Source: Trichormus sp. ATA11-4-KO1 (GTDB lineage Bacteria > Cyanobacteriota > Cyanobacteriia > Cyanobacteriales > Nostocaceae). Taken from it: 64,000 nucleotides of DNA. The DNA lies in the NCBI GenBank assembly GCA_019358915.1, contig JAHHIM010000022.1, positions 1 to 64,000 on the forward strand. The letters are read 5' to 3'. The notes below the pieces were generated by a model. It was not told the DNA's origin, made no database searches, and saw nothing but the letters and a program-made list of their open reading frames with translations. A program made the translations under genes and the position numbers. The first letter of the stretch is position 1. The number at the start of each line of letters is the position of its first letter. Positions 45,257-56,587 of this stretch are shown in pieces.

Positions 45257-46078
45257 TTATTCCTGAGGAGTAACTTTGATAGAAATATAAGCCATTATTT
45301 TATCTAGTACTAAACCAACTGTACCCAAATAAAGAATAGCTAAAATAATTTCATGAATATTAGCATTATTGTAAGCATCAACAATAAAAAAGCCGATTCC
45401 ATCATCAGAAAGCAGCATTTCGGCAGCTACAACTGCTAACCATGATAAACCAATTGCAATTCTCAGCCCGGTAAATATATAAGGTAAAGTTGCAGGTAAC
45501 AGGATTTTAAAAAAATTTTCAAATAGTGATAAACCTAAAATTTTAGAAACATTAATATAATCTTTGGGTACAAGCTGTACACCCAAAGCCGTATTCAAAA
45601 TTATTGGCCAAATAGCAGTTATAAAAATTACAAAAATCGCTGAAGGATTGGGTTTGAGAAAGACTGCTTGTGCCAGAGGTAGCCAAGCCAAAGGAGCTAC
45701 AGGACGCAACAGTTGAATCATCGGGTCTATTGCTTTTCTACAGAAGCTATTTAAACTGACCATAAAACCAACTGGAACACCCACTATTGCAGCTAGAAAA
45801 TAGCCAACAGCAACTCTTTTCAAACTAGCGAGAATTAACCAAAAAAATCCTTTATTGTGTCCTCCATGATTAAAAAATGGGTTTTTAATTAAATCCCCAG
45901 TATTAATCACAACCTCCAAGGGAGAAGGCAATAATGTCTCAGACCTTAAACTTAACAATTGCCATAACATTAATAAAAATAAAATACCAGAAACAGATGG
46001 TAAAGATTGTCTGATTTTCTGGTATATTACTTGGAAAAATTGCCTAGCAAAACTTTTATTTATAATTTGTATATGCAT
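45257..46078 (-). CDS. NrtB/CmpB-like ABC permease
   Basis: SLKRVAVGY, LRPVAPLAWLP, WPIILNTALG, YIFTGLRI, AAEML. Confidence 0.93.
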   Translation of the reverse strand: MHIQIINKSFARQFFQVIYQKIRQSLPSVSGILFLLMLWQLLSLRSETLLPSPLEVVINTGDLIKNPFFNHGGHNKGFFWLILASLKRVAVGYFLAAIVGVPVGFMVSLNSFCRKAIDPMIQLLRPVAPLAWLPLAQAVFLKPNPSAIFVIFITAIWPIILNTALGVQLVPKDYINVSKILGLSLFENFFKILLPATLPYIFTGLRIAIGLSWLAVVAAEMLLSDDGIGFFIVDAYNNANIHEIILAILYLGTVGLVLDKIMAYISIKVTPQE

Positions 46079-46516
46079 TAATAATGAACCTTAGCTCAAG
46101 CATGTTTCATGACTGATGAATAAACGTATAGATGACCAGAATATATGTTTGACAGTTATTAGATTGATAGCTGCTGAATTCATTTGAAGTAGAACTATAA
46201 CTAAGATGAATTTAGTGTCTACTCAGCAACACTATAATAACTATAACCAGAGATTTTTAGATGTCAATATAAATCTTTACACAACTTGGTAAGCCAACCT
46301 TGTTATGAGGCAATTTCTAGGTTATGCTTTGCTTTACTGCAATATTTCATAATCTTCTTTATTCGATAATTTTAGCTTTTTTGTTAATATATGCCTGGAA
46401 TCTAGAAAAGATTACGAAAAAAATTAGTAATCATTCATTGCTCATAGTAGAAAAACTATTACCTATTAGTCCTAAAAAAAATGCCTAATGGCTCAAAATA
46501 CAAGGAATAAAAATCA

Positions 46517-47290
46517 ATGTACAAGGAACTAACGATTAGGCAATCTTTGCAATGGGGTAAACGGCTGTTTGGGTTGTACGCAGTCATTGTCCTCCAAACT
46601 GGCAGTAGTACCGCCGCACCAGTAGCAAGACTAGAGAATTGGCGCTTTTATCCAGAGGCTGTGCAACTAGAAATTACCCTCTCAGCAGGCACAACTCCCC
46701 AGTATTTTTATCTCCCCGAACCACCTCGTCTGGTTGTGGATCTGCCAGATACTAAGTTGGGTTATGTTCCCACAACACAAAATTATGTTGGCGCAATTCA
46801 AAGAATTCGTGTTGCCCAATTAAATGACACTGTAACTCGCATTGTTCTAGATTTGGCATCTGGAAATTTTGTAGATACCAACAAAGTGCAACTGCAACCA
46901 GCTTCCCGACAAAACCCCACGCGCTGGGTATTACGTCCGACAATTACTAGTGATAATCCCCTGACACAACTGGGAAATTTTCCATCTTTACTCAATAATC
47001 TAGCGCCAAGTGACTATCTCCAGTTACCCAGTACCTTAACACCAACGACTACTAACCCACAGCAACCCTTTGTAACTGTACCACCTCTCACTCCTACTCC
47101 TAGCAATTCATCTCAACTACCCGGTTCTATCCTTCCTCCAGCCACTTTTCCCAATCAACCTAGTAATCTTAATCACATTCCTCCTGTCACAAGTCCTGAT
47201 TTCTCCGTACCTGCAATCCCCAACAATCCACCTAATCTGCCGCATATAGAAGTGATTGAGTTTGGTCAACCCCTTCCCAAACCCAACTGA
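46517..47290 (+). CDS. AMIN domain protein with Pro-rich tail
   Basis: Signal peptide; PPRLVVDLP...IRVAQ...TRIVLDL AMIN pattern. Confidence 0.85.
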   Translation: MYKELTIRQSLQWGKRLFGLYAVIVLQTGSSTAAPVARLENWRFYPEAVQLEITLSAGTTPQYFYLPEPPRLVVDLPDTKLGYVPTTQNYVGAIQRIRVAQLNDTVTRIVLDLASGNFVDTNKVQLQPASRQNPTRWVLRPTITSDNPLTQLGNFPSLLNNLAPSDYLQLPSTLTPTTTNPQQPFVTVPPLTPTPSNSSQLPGSILPPATFPNQPSNLNHIPPVTSPDFSVPAIPNNPPNLPHIEVIEFGQPLPKPN

Positions 47291-47372
47291 CTTAAAAGTG
47301 CTTCCTTCCTGAGTTTTGAATAAGAAAACTACTCCCTATTCCCCTACTCCCCACCTCCTTTTTCATCCAAAT

Positions 47373-47912
47373 CTAAAATCTATCTGTTTCTTGAGGTTGT
47401 GAGACTGCACCTGGTTGAGACGTAAAGAAGTTTTGCGCTGCTTCATTCTGGTAGATACATCTAATATCAGGTTTTTCGCTTTCCAAGTTACCTGTAAAGC
47501 CAAAAGTGTTCAGGCGATTTTTACATTCTCTTACCTGACTAGATGATACAAGTTTGCGTTGCTCTAAAATTGCCCAGTTATTTTGGCGGAGAACGCACCC
47601 AGGACGCATACTTGGTTGGGCAACATAGACATTAAAAGGGTTGAGAGTTACGAACAGTCTAGCGTCCATCACCATTGCACTAGCTCCATACTGTACGCAA
47701 ATCTCCGGATTTGGTGCTTTAGTGTCAATGAATTCACGGGAAGCTACATTGGATGGAGTTAAAGTGGTGGTAGAGCTAAAAGCAATACCAATTCCAATTC
47801 CCAAAATCAGCACCCCCGCCAAAATTGCGATGGTCGAGAAGTTAAATAAAGGAGATTGGAAAGCAGAGGATTTAGAAGTAGTAGCCGATCTACCAGTAGA
47901 TTTACGTCTCAT
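47373..47912 (-). CDS. Conserved cyanobacterial protein (DUF3172-like)
   Basis: One TM then CVQYGASAMV, PGCVLR, CKNRLNTFGF. Confidence 0.75.
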   Translation of the reverse strand: MRRKSTGRSATTSKSSAFQSPLFNFSTIAILAGVLILGIGIGIAFSSTTTLTPSNVASREFIDTKAPNPEICVQYGASAMVMDARLFVTLNPFNVYVAQPSMRPGCVLRQNNWAILEQRKLVSSSQVRECKNRLNTFGFTGNLESEKPDIRCIYQNEAAQNFFTSQPGAVSQPQETDRF

Positions 47913-48067
47913 TTTCGCTTGATCACCTTCACGCTTGAGAAAGTAGGGAGTAGTTTAAGCTGCTCTCCCTTTTACAGTATGCCGATTCTTAACTATAATT
48001 GTCCGCAATATGAGCGATCGCACCTCAAATAAGTTTTGGTAGTAGCGATCGCCCACATGCTAACTGA

Positions 48068-48556
48068 TTACACAGCCTGATAACTAGCAGAGTATGTGTC
48101 TTTAAGCGGTTGCCAACGGAAAGCGCGATCGCCTCCCCTCTCAATCACTACTTTTACTCTTGGTTCCCAGCTAGGCAAAGTTGCTAAAAACTCAACTTCT
48201 TGATCGGAAAGAATATTTCCTTCAATCATCCACAACACTAAACCTTTAGACTTTGGTGGTAGCTGTTCTAAGTGATATGTGACAATTGGTGGTACATAGT
48301 ACACATATCCTACCGCCGCACCACTACCAGTACTTTTTTTACCAAGGTGAGGTGGTCTGACTCCATGAACTCCTGTGAGATAGGCCGCTACGTCGCCTAG
48401 TCCCCTAGCAGTCATATGCAGAGCGACATAGCCAACCGCACGCAGTCGGCGTCGATATCGACCTTCAAAACCTCCCTCTAAAGGTACATAAACACCAAGG
48501 GAACCAAATTTTTCCAGATCGCGGATGAAAGCGTTGCCAGTGGTAATTAGTGCCAT
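48068..48556 (-). CDS. ndhN: NAD(P)H-quinone oxidoreductase subunit N
   Basis: MALITTG, PLEGGFEGRYRRRLR, HGVRPPHLGK; divergent from rplC. Confidence 0.96.
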   Translation of the reverse strand: MALITTGNAFIRDLEKFGSLGVYVPLEGGFEGRYRRRLRAVGYVALHMTARGLGDVAAYLTGVHGVRPPHLGKKSTGSGAAVGYVYYVPPIVTYHLEQLPPKSKGLVLWMIEGNILSDQEVEFLATLPSWEPRVKVVIERGGDRAFRWQPLKDTYSASYQAV

Positions 48557-48678
48557 AAATTTCCGTTCTATCCCACTTAGATATCTCTATTATTTACCCT
48601 GAACCCAGATTAGGTTGAAGTATCTGCTCAAGAAAGCCCATCTTGAAACAACCAAGTAAAAACTCTCAGCCAGAATTA

Positions 48679-48707
48679 TGGACAAACCTAAATTTATAGT
48701 TTATGAT
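48679..48707 (+). promoter_or_regulatory. Putative promoter of the rplC operon
   Basis: TGGACA-17 nt-TATGAT, ~740 nt upstream of rplC. Confidence 0.5.
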
Positions 48708-49445
48708 GTTAGATTGTGACCAATTGGCTAAATCAGTCTACATTTTTCTGCTATTTTACAAATAGCAGATCACTCCAAGCCAGTAACTCATTTCATGAGT
48801 ATTAATCTGGCTAAAAGTTATCAGAGACTGGTAAACTAGAAAAGCTTTAAGGTTAATCGAATTTAGTCTGAAAGCTTACGGCTGAATCACCAAAGTTCAC
48901 AAATATATCTAGACTGCATTCACTCCTGTAGTCCTGAAGAACTAAGCAAAATCTTGAACTATAGTTTAAGGTTAGTGTGTCTAGTGAAGTCAAAGCTGAG
49001 CAGCAGTGTTGATTTCATCACATAGCGTCAGCCTTAATTAATGGATACTGAGTGGTAAACAACCACTTAAGTCCCACTACACACGGCAGTAGCATGTCAT
49101 GGCGGGAAACCTACCTACAGCACTGCCTCCAGAAAGTGCCTAAGCAATTGCTCGGACGAAAGCATTGCTGCACAAAGAGCAAAGCTCTAAAGCATTGCCC
49201 TGATCCAGAAGTTATTTCTTCCTCACAGGAAGACACTTGTGGCTGTTCTGGTGACCAAGTGAGTGAAATTAAACGGATTCACCAAGCAGTGAGTACACGG
49301 CTTTTTTGTCCCGCAAGAAATGGAACGGCGTCAGTTGCTCCCAAATTCTGAGGCTCGTCTAACCTCAATCAGTGGCACTAAAAGTGTAAAAGTGTGCTCT
49401 AGAGTCCGATTCCCAACCAGCAAGTATAAAGGAGAACCAGTAACT

Positions 49446-50081
49446 GTGTCTGTAGGTATTCTCGGCACCAAGCTGGGCATGACCCAAGTATTTGACGATG
49501 CAGGAGTATCGATTCCTGTCACCGTTGTGCAAGCAGGTCCATGCACCGTTACACAAGTTAAAACAAAACAGACCGACGGTTACGCCGCCATCCAAGTTGG
49601 TTACGGCGAAGTCAAACCAAAGGCTCTAAATAGACCTCTGCTGGGTCACTTGGCAAAATCATCTGCCCCAGCATTACGACATCTAAATGAGTATCACACA
49701 GATACTCCTAGTGATTATGCGTTAGGTCAAGAAATTAAGGCAGATATTTTTAGTGCAGGTCAACTTGTAGATGTAGTTGGTACAAGTATCGGTCGCGGTT
49801 TTGCGGGTAACCAGAAACGCAACAACTTTGGTCGCGGACCCATGTCACATGGTTCCAAAAATCACAGAGCGCCCGGTTCCATTGGTGCTGGTACAACACC
49901 AGGTCGTGTTTATCCGGGTAAACGGATGGCAGGGCGCTTAGGTGGAACCCGCGTAACAATTCGCAAGTTGACTGTGGTGCGAGTAGACCCGGAACGCAAC
50001 TTATTGCTAATTAAAGGAGCCATTCCTGGTAAGCCGGGGTCCTTAATAAATATTCTGCCTGCAAAGAAAGTTGGGAAGTAG
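49446..50081 (+). CDS. rplC: 50S ribosomal protein L3
   Basis: [25 protein letters not shown] start after GGAG. Confidence 0.97.
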   Translation: MSVGILGTKLGMTQVFDDAGVSIPVTVVQAGPCTVTQVKTKQTDGYAAIQVGYGEVKPKALNRPLLGHLAKSSAPALRHLNEYHTDTPSDYALGQEIKADIFSAGQLVDVVGTSIGRGFAGNQKRNNFGRGPMSHGSKNHRAPGSIGAGTTPGRVYPGKRMAGRLGGTRVTIRKLTVVRVDPERNLLLIKGAIPGKPGSLINILPAKKVGK

Positions 50082-50160
50082 TCATTAGTCATCATTAGTC
50101 ATTAGCTAAGGACAAATGATTAAAAAAAAAGACAAATGACAACTGACAAAGGACACAAAA

Positions 50161-50799
50161 ATGGTTGAAAGTGTAGTTAAAAATTGGCAAGGGGAACAAG
50201 TCGGCGAGACAACCTTCGAGTTGCGAGTCGCGAAAGAATCAACAGCGTCTCATATTGTGCATCGAGCTTTGGTAAGGCAAATGACCAATTCTCGCCAAGG
50301 AACCGCCAGTACAAAAACTCGTGCCGAAGTTCGAGGTGGTGGGCGCAAACCTTGGCGGCAAAAAGGTACTGGTCGCGCTCGTGCAGGGTCTATTCGTTCA
50401 CCACTGTGGCGTGGTGGCGGTGTGATCTTTGGTCCAAAACCCAGAGACTTTAACCTGAAATTAAACCGCAAAGAACGGCGTTTAGCATTGCGAACCGCAC
50501 TAGTTAGTCGCGCTGACGATTTAACTGTGGTAGAAGAATTTAGCAACGAACTATCGCGCCCCAAAACCAAAGAACTAGTAGCAGCGCTAGCTCGTTGGGG
50601 AGCAGCACCAGAAAACAAGACATTGTTAATTTTGTCTGAAATTGTCACGGCGGATAACGTTTATTTGTCAGCCCGCAATATCGAGAATTTAAAGCTGATT
50701 GCAGCCGACCAGCTGAATGTTTACGACTTGCTACACGCTGACAAAATTATAGTTACGGCATCAGCCCTAGAAAAAATTCAGGAGGTCTACAGTGCCTAA
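50161..50799 (+). CDS. rplD: 50S ribosomal protein L4
   Basis: [15 protein letters not shown]. Confidence 0.98.
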   Translation: MVESVVKNWQGEQVGETTFELRVAKESTASHIVHRALVRQMTNSRQGTASTKTRAEVRGGGRKPWRQKGTGRARAGSIRSPLWRGGGVIFGPKPRDFNLKLNRKERRLALRTALVSRADDLTVVEEFSNELSRPKTKELVAALARWGAAPENKTLLILSEIVTADNVYLSARNIENLKLIAADQLNVYDLLHADKIIVTASALEKIQEVYSA

Positions 50800-51106
50800 C
50801 TTTGACCCCCGTAACCTTGCTGACTTAGTGCGTCGCCCAATTGTCACCGAAAAGGCGACCATCCTCATGGAGCAAAACAAATACACTTTTGAAGTAACTC
50901 CAAAGGCCAGTAAGCCGGAAATAAAAGCAGCAATTGAAGACTTATTTCAAGTCAAAGTTGTCCAAGTAAATACCATGTTACCACCGCGCAAAAAGCGGCG
51001 TGTTGGTAAATTTATTGGTTACAAGCCCCAATACAAGCGAGCAATTGTTACCGTTGCACCTGGGGACGTAGACAAGATTAGACAAGTTCTATTCCCAGAG
51101 CTTTAG
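50792..51106 (+). CDS. rplW: 50S ribosomal protein L23
   Basis: PIVTEKA, YTFEV, KRAIVT. Confidence 0.97.
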   Translation: MPNFDPRNLADLVRRPIVTEKATILMEQNKYTFEVTPKASKPEIKAAIEDLFQVKVVQVNTMLPPRKKRRVGKFIGYKPQYKRAIVTVAPGDVDKIRQVLFPEL

Positions 51107-51133
51107 TTATTTGATAACTTCAGCCTCTTGATT

Positions 51134-51170
51134 CAGCACGGGCTAAACGCCCCGCTACCGCTAACAGCAC
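51134..51170 (+). mobile_element. 25-nt small dispersed repeat flanked by CAGCAC direct repeats
   Basis: CAGCAC-[GGGCTAAACGCCCCGCTACCGCTAA]-CAGCAC. Confidence 0.65.
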
Positions 51171-51185
51171 TTTGAATTTAAAACT

Positions 51186-52049
51186 ATGGGTACTCGTTCT
51201 TATCGCCCTTATACCCCCAGTACTCGCCAAGTAACGATCTCCGACTTTGCCGAAATTACCAAAACGGAGCCGGAAAAGTCCTTAACGATGTACAAACATC
51301 GTGCCAAAGGCCGTAATAATCAAGGGCGGATAACCAGCCGTCGTCGGGGTGGCGGACATAAAAAACTTTACCGGATCATTGACTTTAAAAGGGATAAGCG
51401 TAATATTACTGCCCAAATCACAGCAATTGAATACGATCCTAATCGCAATGCGCGAATTGCCCTTGTGCTGTATGAAGATGGCGAAAAGCGCTATATTCTT
51501 CACCCCAATGGCTTAAAAGTGGGAACAACAATTATTGCTGGGACTGATGCTCCTTTTGAGGATGGCAATGCTTTGCCACTCTCGAATATCCCCTTAGGTA
51601 CTAGTGTTCACAACGTCGAATTGACTCCTGGTAAAGGTGGTCAAATCGTACGTGCTGCTGGTGCTAGCGCCCAAGTAGTAGCAAAAGAAGGTAATTATGT
51701 AACTCTCAAGTTACCTTCAGGGGAAGTGCGGATGATTCGCCGGGAATGCTACGCCACCATTGGACAAGTAGGTAACACCGACGCCAGAAACTTGAGTGCA
51801 GGTAAAGCTGGACGTAATCGTTGGAAAGGTCGTCGTCCTAAAGTCAGAGGTAGTGTGATGAACCCTGTGGATCACCCTCATGGTGGTGGTGAAGGTAGAG
51901 CACCCATTGGTAGACCCGGACCTGTAACGCCTTGGGGTAAACCAACTTTGGGTGCGAAAACACGCAAACCCAAGAAAGCCAGCAGCAAATTGATTGTGCG
52001 TCGCCGCCGCAAATCTTCTAAACGGGGTCGTGGTGGTCGTCAGTCTTAG
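51186..52049 (+). CDS. rplB: 50S ribosomal protein L2
   Basis: [21 protein letters not shown]. Confidence 0.99.
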   Translation: MGTRSYRPYTPSTRQVTISDFAEITKTEPEKSLTMYKHRAKGRNNQGRITSRRRGGGHKKLYRIIDFKRDKRNITAQITAIEYDPNRNARIALVLYEDGEKRYILHPNGLKVGTTIIAGTDAPFEDGNALPLSNIPLGTSVHNVELTPGKGGQIVRAAGASAQVVAKEGNYVTLKLPSGEVRMIRRECYATIGQVGNTDARNLSAGKAGRNRWKGRRPKVRGSVMNPVDHPHGGGEGRAPIGRPGPVTPWGKPTLGAKTRKPKKASSKLIVRRRRKSSKRGRGGRQS

Positions 52050-52149
52050 AATTTGAGATTTTAAATTTGGGATTTTAGATTAGGGTTACTTATAAAATCC
52101 CAAATTTGTCAACCTAAATTAATCAAAATCCAAAATCCAAAATCAACCT

Positions 52150-52428
52150 ATGGGTCGTTCTCTAAAAAAAGGTCCTTTCGTTGCTGACCATTTGCTCAGC
52201 AAAATTGAAAAGCTGAACGCTAAAAACGAAAAACAAGTTATTAAAACTTGGTCAAGAGCCTCGACGATTTTACCCCTCATGGTAGGTCATACCATAGCTG
52301 TACACAACGGACGCCAACACGTTCCAGTTTTTGTAAATGAGCAAATGGTAGGTCATAAGTTGGGAGAATTTGCTCCCACACGCACCTACAGAGGTCATGG
52401 CAAGAGTGACAAAAAAGCAGGGAGATAG
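52150..52428 (+). CDS. rpsS: 30S ribosomal protein S19
   Basis: [19 protein letters not shown]. Confidence 0.99.
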   Translation: MGRSLKKGPFVADHLLSKIEKLNAKNEKQVIKTWSRASTILPLMVGHTIAVHNGRQHVPVFVNEQMVGHKLGEFAPTRTYRGHGKSDKKAGR

Positions 52429-52485
52429 TGATTAGTCATTAGTCATCAGCTAAAGACTAATGATCAATGACTAAAGAAGAAAATT

Positions 52486-52845
52486 ATGGCTATTGATACT
52501 ACTGAAGTGAAGGCGATCGCCCGTTATATACGCATTTCTCCTTATAAAGTGCGTCGTGTACTCGATCAGATCCGGGGGCGTTCCTACCGAGAAGCGCTGA
52601 TTATCCTGGAATTCATGCCTTATCGAGCCTGTGAACCAGTATTAAAACTGCTCAGAAGCGCAGCAGCTAATGCCGAGCATAACGCTGGGTTAGACCGGAC
52701 GCAACTGGTGATTACTCAGGCATATGCCGACCAAGGTCCAGTGCTAAAACGGTTTCAACCAAGAGCGCAGGGTCGAGCTTACCAAATTCGCAAGCCGACG
52801 TGTCATATCACTTTAGCTGTAGCTGCTGACGCCTCTGCTGAATAA
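52486..52845 (+). CDS. rplV: 50S ribosomal protein L22
   Basis: [16 protein letters not shown]. Confidence 0.98.
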   Translation: MAIDTTEVKAIARYIRISPYKVRRVLDQIRGRSYREALIILEFMPYRACEPVLKLLRSAAANAEHNAGLDRTQLVITQAYADQGPVLKRFQPRAQGRAYQIRKPTCHITLAVAADASAE

Positions 52846-52895
52846 TTATCAGACACAAAAATTGCGTAAAGTCAGAAATTTTAGAGGAAGCATTT

Positions 52896-53651
52896 GTGGG
52901 ACAGAAGATTCATCCAGTTGGTTTTCGCCTGGGTATTACACAAGAGCATCAATCCCGTTGGTTTGCTGTTCCTGATCGCTATCCAGAACTTCTCCAAGAA
53001 GACCACAAACTCCGTCAATACATAGAACAAAAGTTGGGCAGACTGGCTCAAAACAACGCCGGGATTTCCGAGGTGCGGATTGAGCGCAAAGCTGACCAAA
53101 TTGACCTAGAGGTACGCACGGCTAGACCCGGTGTAGTAGTAGGTCGCGGTGGGCAAGGGATTGAATCACTACGCACCGGACTACAAGAACTGCTGGGTAG
53201 CAATCGGCAAATTCGCATTAACGTAGTCGAAGTGCAAAGAGTTGATGCTGATGCCTACTTAATTGGTGAATATATTGCTCAACAATTGGAACGACGTGTT
53301 TCGTTTCGACGAGTAGTGCGGCAAGCCATTCAGCGCGCTCAACGTGCTGGTGTCCAAGGCATCAAAATTCAAGTCAGCGGCCGACTCAACGGTGCAGAAA
53401 TTGCCCGGACAGAGTGGACTCGCGAAGGTAGAGTACCTCTACATACCTTACGGGCTGACATTGACTACGCTTACTGCACAGCCAAAACGATTTACGGGAT
53501 TTTAGGTATCAAAGTATGGGTGTTTAAAGGAGAAATTATTCCTGGACAGGAAGAAACTCCCGCCCCACCCACAACACGCGATCGCGAACCTCGTCGCCGT
53601 CAACAACAACGTCGTCGCCAGCAATTTGAAGACCGATCTAATGAAGGATAA
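52896..53651 (+). CDS. rpsC: 30S ribosomal protein S3
   Basis: [23 protein letters not shown]. Confidence 0.99.
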   Translation: MGQKIHPVGFRLGITQEHQSRWFAVPDRYPELLQEDHKLRQYIEQKLGRLAQNNAGISEVRIERKADQIDLEVRTARPGVVVGRGGQGIESLRTGLQELLGSNRQIRINVVEVQRVDADAYLIGEYIAQQLERRVSFRRVVRQAIQRAQRAGVQGIKIQVSGRLNGAEIARTEWTREGRVPLHTLRADIDYAYCTAKTIYGILGIKVWVFKGEIIPGQEETPAPPTTRDREPRRRQQQRRRQQFEDRSNEG

Positions 53652-53704
53652 ATGGAGATGGGGCATGGTGCATGGGGCAGAGGAAATTGACAATGCCCCA
53701 TGAC

Positions 53705-53747
53705 GGCAGTTGCTCCACTTGGGGAGACCCCAAGTGGAGCAACTGCC
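53705..53747. repeat. Perfect 20-bp inverted repeat with 3-nt loop
   Basis: GGCAGTTGCTCCACTTGGGG-AGA-CCCCAAGTGGAGCAACTGCC, inside STRR arrays. Confidence 0.9.
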
Positions 53748-53798
53748 TCCCCAATGCCCGATACCCAATGCCTGATACCCAGTACATAGTACCTAGTC

Positions 53799-54224
53799 AT
53801 GTTAAGTCCTAGAAGAACTAAATTCCGCAAACAACAGCGCGGACGGATGGAAGGTCTAGCCCACCGTGGCAGCAACATTAACTTCGGTGATTTTGCTCTC
53901 CAAGCTCAAGAACCAGCCTGGATTACCTCCCGGCAAATTGAAGCCTCTCGGCGGGCCATGACTCGTTATATTCGCCGGGGTGGCAAAATCTGGATTCGGA
54001 TTTTCCCCGATAAGCCAGTAACCATGCGTCCCGCAGAAACCCGGATGGGTTCTGGTAAAGGTTCGCCAGAGTTTTGGGTAGCCGTAGTCAAACCAGGTCG
54101 CATTATGTTTGAAATCGCTGGCGTTTCTGAAGAAATCGCCCGTGAAGCTATGCGCTTGGCTGCAAATAAACTGCCCATTAAAACCAAGTTTATTGTGCGT
54201 TCTCAACCACAGGAGCAGGAGTAG
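53799..54224 (+). CDS. rplP: 50S ribosomal protein L16
   Basis: RMGSGKG, RIFPDKP. Confidence 0.99.
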   Translation: MLSPRRTKFRKQQRGRMEGLAHRGSNINFGDFALQAQEPAWITSRQIEASRRAMTRYIRRGGKIWIRIFPDKPVTMRPAETRMGSGKGSPEFWVAVVKPGRIMFEIAGVSEEIAREAMRLAANKLPIKTKFIVRSQPQEQE

Positions 54225-54227
54225 GTT

Positions 54228-54455
54228 ATGCCTCTTCCCAAAATTTCAGAAGCTAGAGAATTAAGTGACGAGAAACTGGCTGCGGAAATTGTCGCTGTTA
54301 AAAGACAACTGTTTCAGTTGCGCTTGCAAAAAGCCACAAGACAAATGGAAAAACCTCACCAATTCCGCCATGCTAAACATCGCCTAGCTCAGTTGCTGAC
54401 TGTAGAGACTGAGCGGAAACGGGTAGCAAATCAACCGGCTAAACAAGAATCATAG
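54228..54455 (+). CDS. rpmC: 50S ribosomal protein L29
   Basis: LFQLRLQKAT..KPHQF; operon position. Confidence 0.96.
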   Translation: MPLPKISEARELSDEKLAAEIVAVKRQLFQLRLQKATRQMEKPHQFRHAKHRLAQLLTVETERKRVANQPAKQES

Positions 54456-54461
54456 GAGATT

Positions 54462-54713
54462 ATGGCAATCAAAGAACGAGTCGGCTTGGTAGTGAGCGAC
54501 AAAATGCAAAAAACGGTGGTAGTTGCTGTGGAAAACCGCGCCCCCCATCCTAAATACGGCAAAATTGTAGTTCAAACCCGGCGTTATAAAGCTCACGATG
54601 CAGAAAGTAAATGCAAAGTAGGCGATCGCGTGCGGATTCAAGAAACTAGACCGTTGAGCAAAACTAAGCGCTGGCAAGTCAAAGAAATCTTGAACACCAA
54701 AGCGACAACGTAA
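54462..54713 (+). CDS. rpsQ: 30S ribosomal protein S17
   Basis: [18 protein letters not shown]. Confidence 0.98.
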   Translation: MAIKERVGLVVSDKMQKTVVVAVENRAPHPKYGKIVVQTRRYKAHDAESKCKVGDRVRIQETRPLSKTKRWQVKEILNTKATT

Positions 54714-54754
54714 TAGTTGTATAACGACTAACAACTCCAAAAAGGAGATAAATT

Positions 54755-55123
54755 GTGATTCAACCCCAGACTTTCCTGAATGTTGCCGATAATAGCGGTG
54801 CCAAAAAACTCATGTGCATCCGTGTATTAGGTGCCGGCAACAGACGTTATGGTTTCATCGGCGACAAAATTATTGCGGTTGTCAAAGATGCTATTCCTAA
54901 TATGGCTGTGAAAAAATCCGATGTCGTTGAGGCAGTGATTGTCCGCACCCGTCACAACATCCGCCGGGATAGTGGTATGACCATTCGCTTTGACGATAAC
55001 GCAGCCGTCATCATCAACAAAGATGGTAATCCCAGAGGTACAAGGGTTTTTGGCCCAGTTGCCCGGGAATTACGCGATAAAAACTTCACCAAAATTGTTT
55101 CTCTGGCTCCGGAGGTGCTGTAA
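54755..55123 (+). CDS. rplN: 50S ribosomal protein L14
   Basis: [16 protein letters not shown]. Confidence 0.99.
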   Translation: MIQPQTFLNVADNSGAKKLMCIRVLGAGNRRYGFIGDKIIAVVKDAIPNMAVKKSDVVEAVIVRTRHNIRRDSGMTIRFDDNAAVIINKDGNPRGTRVFGPVARELRDKNFTKIVSLAPEVL

Positions 55124-55476
55124 TGGCAAGCCGCAAGGAAAAGCCCAAAGTATTCTACAAGATGCACGTCAAAACTGGTGATACTGTGCAAGTAATTGCT
55201 GGCAAAGACAAAGGTAAAGTTGGCGAAGTGGTTAAAGCACTGCCCCAACTGAGTAAAGTCGTTGTCAAAGGTGTCAATATTAAAACTAAACACATGAAAC
55301 CCCAACAAGAAGGGGAATCAGGCCGGATCGTCACCCAGGAAGCTCCAATTCATAGTTCCAACGTGATGCTCTACTCCACCAAGCAAAACGTCACCAGTCG
55401 TGTTTGCTACACTTTCACCGCAGAAGGTAAAAAGGTGAGAATGCTGAAGAAAACAGGTGAAATTCTCGATAAATAA
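55123..55476 (+). CDS. rplX: 50S ribosomal protein L24
   Basis: [17 protein letters not shown] motif. Confidence 0.98.
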   Translation: MASRKEKPKVFYKMHVKTGDTVQVIAGKDKGKVGEVVKALPQLSKVVVKGVNIKTKHMKPQQEGESGRIVTQEAPIHSSNVMLYSTKQNVTSRVCYTFTAEGKKVRMLKKTGEILDK

Positions 55477-55582
55477 AGAATTAGCCAATAGATGTGCCAC
55501 AGTAGCTTCTTGACTAAGCATTCAGCACTCAGCATTTAAAAAAGTTTCCCTGACCAAGACCAGGGAGAAGGACAAAAAAACT

Positions 55583-56131
55583 ATGGCGACAACAAGACTC
55601 AAAACCTTATACCAAGAGACAATTGTCCCCAAACTGACGAATCAGTTTCAATACACTAACGTTCATCAAGTACCGAAGTTAGTCAAGATTACGATTAACC
55701 GAGGTTTGGGGGAAGCGGCTCAAAATGCGAAGGCGCTAGAAGCGTCTTTAAATGAAATTGCGCTGATCACTGGGCAAAAACCAGTAGTAACGCGGGCGAA
55801 AAAGGCGATCGCTGGCTTTAAAATTCGTCAGGGTATGCCTGTTGGCATTATGGTGACCCTCAGAAGCGAACGGATGTATGCTTTTCTCGACAGACTAATT
55901 AGTTTGTCACTACCTAGAATTCGCGACTTTCGGGGCATTAGTCCTAAAAGCTTCGACGGTCGCGGTAACTATACTCTGGGTGTGAGAGAACAACTCATTT
56001 TTCCAGAGGTCGAGTACGACAGTATCGACCAAATCCGTGGTCTGGATATTTCTATCATCACTACAGCGAAAACCGACGAAGAAGGCCGCGCCTTACTTAA
56101 AGAAATGGGAATGCCTTTTCGCGATCAATAA
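55583..56131 (+). CDS. rplE: 50S ribosomal protein L5
   Basis: [22 protein letters not shown]. Confidence 0.99.
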   Translation: MATTRLKTLYQETIVPKLTNQFQYTNVHQVPKLVKITINRGLGEAAQNAKALEASLNEIALITGQKPVVTRAKKAIAGFKIRQGMPVGIMVTLRSERMYAFLDRLISLSLPRIRDFRGISPKSFDGRGNYTLGVREQLIFPEVEYDSIDQIRGLDISIITTAKTDEEGRALLKEMGMPFRDQ

Positions 56132-56151
56132 GTTCATCTAAAGAGGGAACG

Positions 56152-56553
56152 ATGGCGGCTAACGACACAGTTGCAGATATGCTGACGCGCATCCGCAATG
56201 CCAACCTGGCAAGGCATCAAACTACAAACGTGCCAGCCACAAAAATGACTCGTAGTATTGCAAAAGTACTACAAGAGGAAGGCTTTATTGCTGAATTTTC
56301 CGAAGCAGAAGAAGGGGTGAAACGTAACCTAGTTATTTCCCTGAAATACAAAGGTAAGAATCGTCAGCCTTTAATTACTGCCTTGAAGCGAGTGAGTAAA
56401 CCAGGTTTGCGTGTTTACTCCAATAGAAAAGACTTACCCAGGGTACTAGGTGGCATCGGCATTGCCATTATTTCCACATCCAGTGGCATCATGACTGACC
56501 GTGAAGCACGGCGTCAAAGCTTGGGTGGTGAAGTACTTTGCTATGTTTGGTAG
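56152..56553 (+). CDS. rpsH: 30S ribosomal protein S8
   Basis: [17 protein letters not shown]. Confidence 0.99.
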   Translation: MAANDTVADMLTRIRNANLARHQTTNVPATKMTRSIAKVLQEEGFIAEFSEAEEGVKRNLVISLKYKGKNRQPLITALKRVSKPGLRVYSNRKDLPRVLGGIGIAIISTSSGIMTDREARRQSLGGEVLCYVW

Positions 56554-56587
56554 TCTGCTCAGGACTCAAGATAAAGGACAAAAAGTC

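Noticed and set aside
46079..46516. NtcA box upstream of the Nrt-like operon
   Set aside because: No GTA-N8-TAC found by eye; the ACTATAA repeats seen are too short and AT-rich to call.
49052..49351. 99-aa ORF upstream of rplC
   Set aside because: No recognisable protein features; overlaps the spurious rplC extension; more likely leader sequence, though not excluded.
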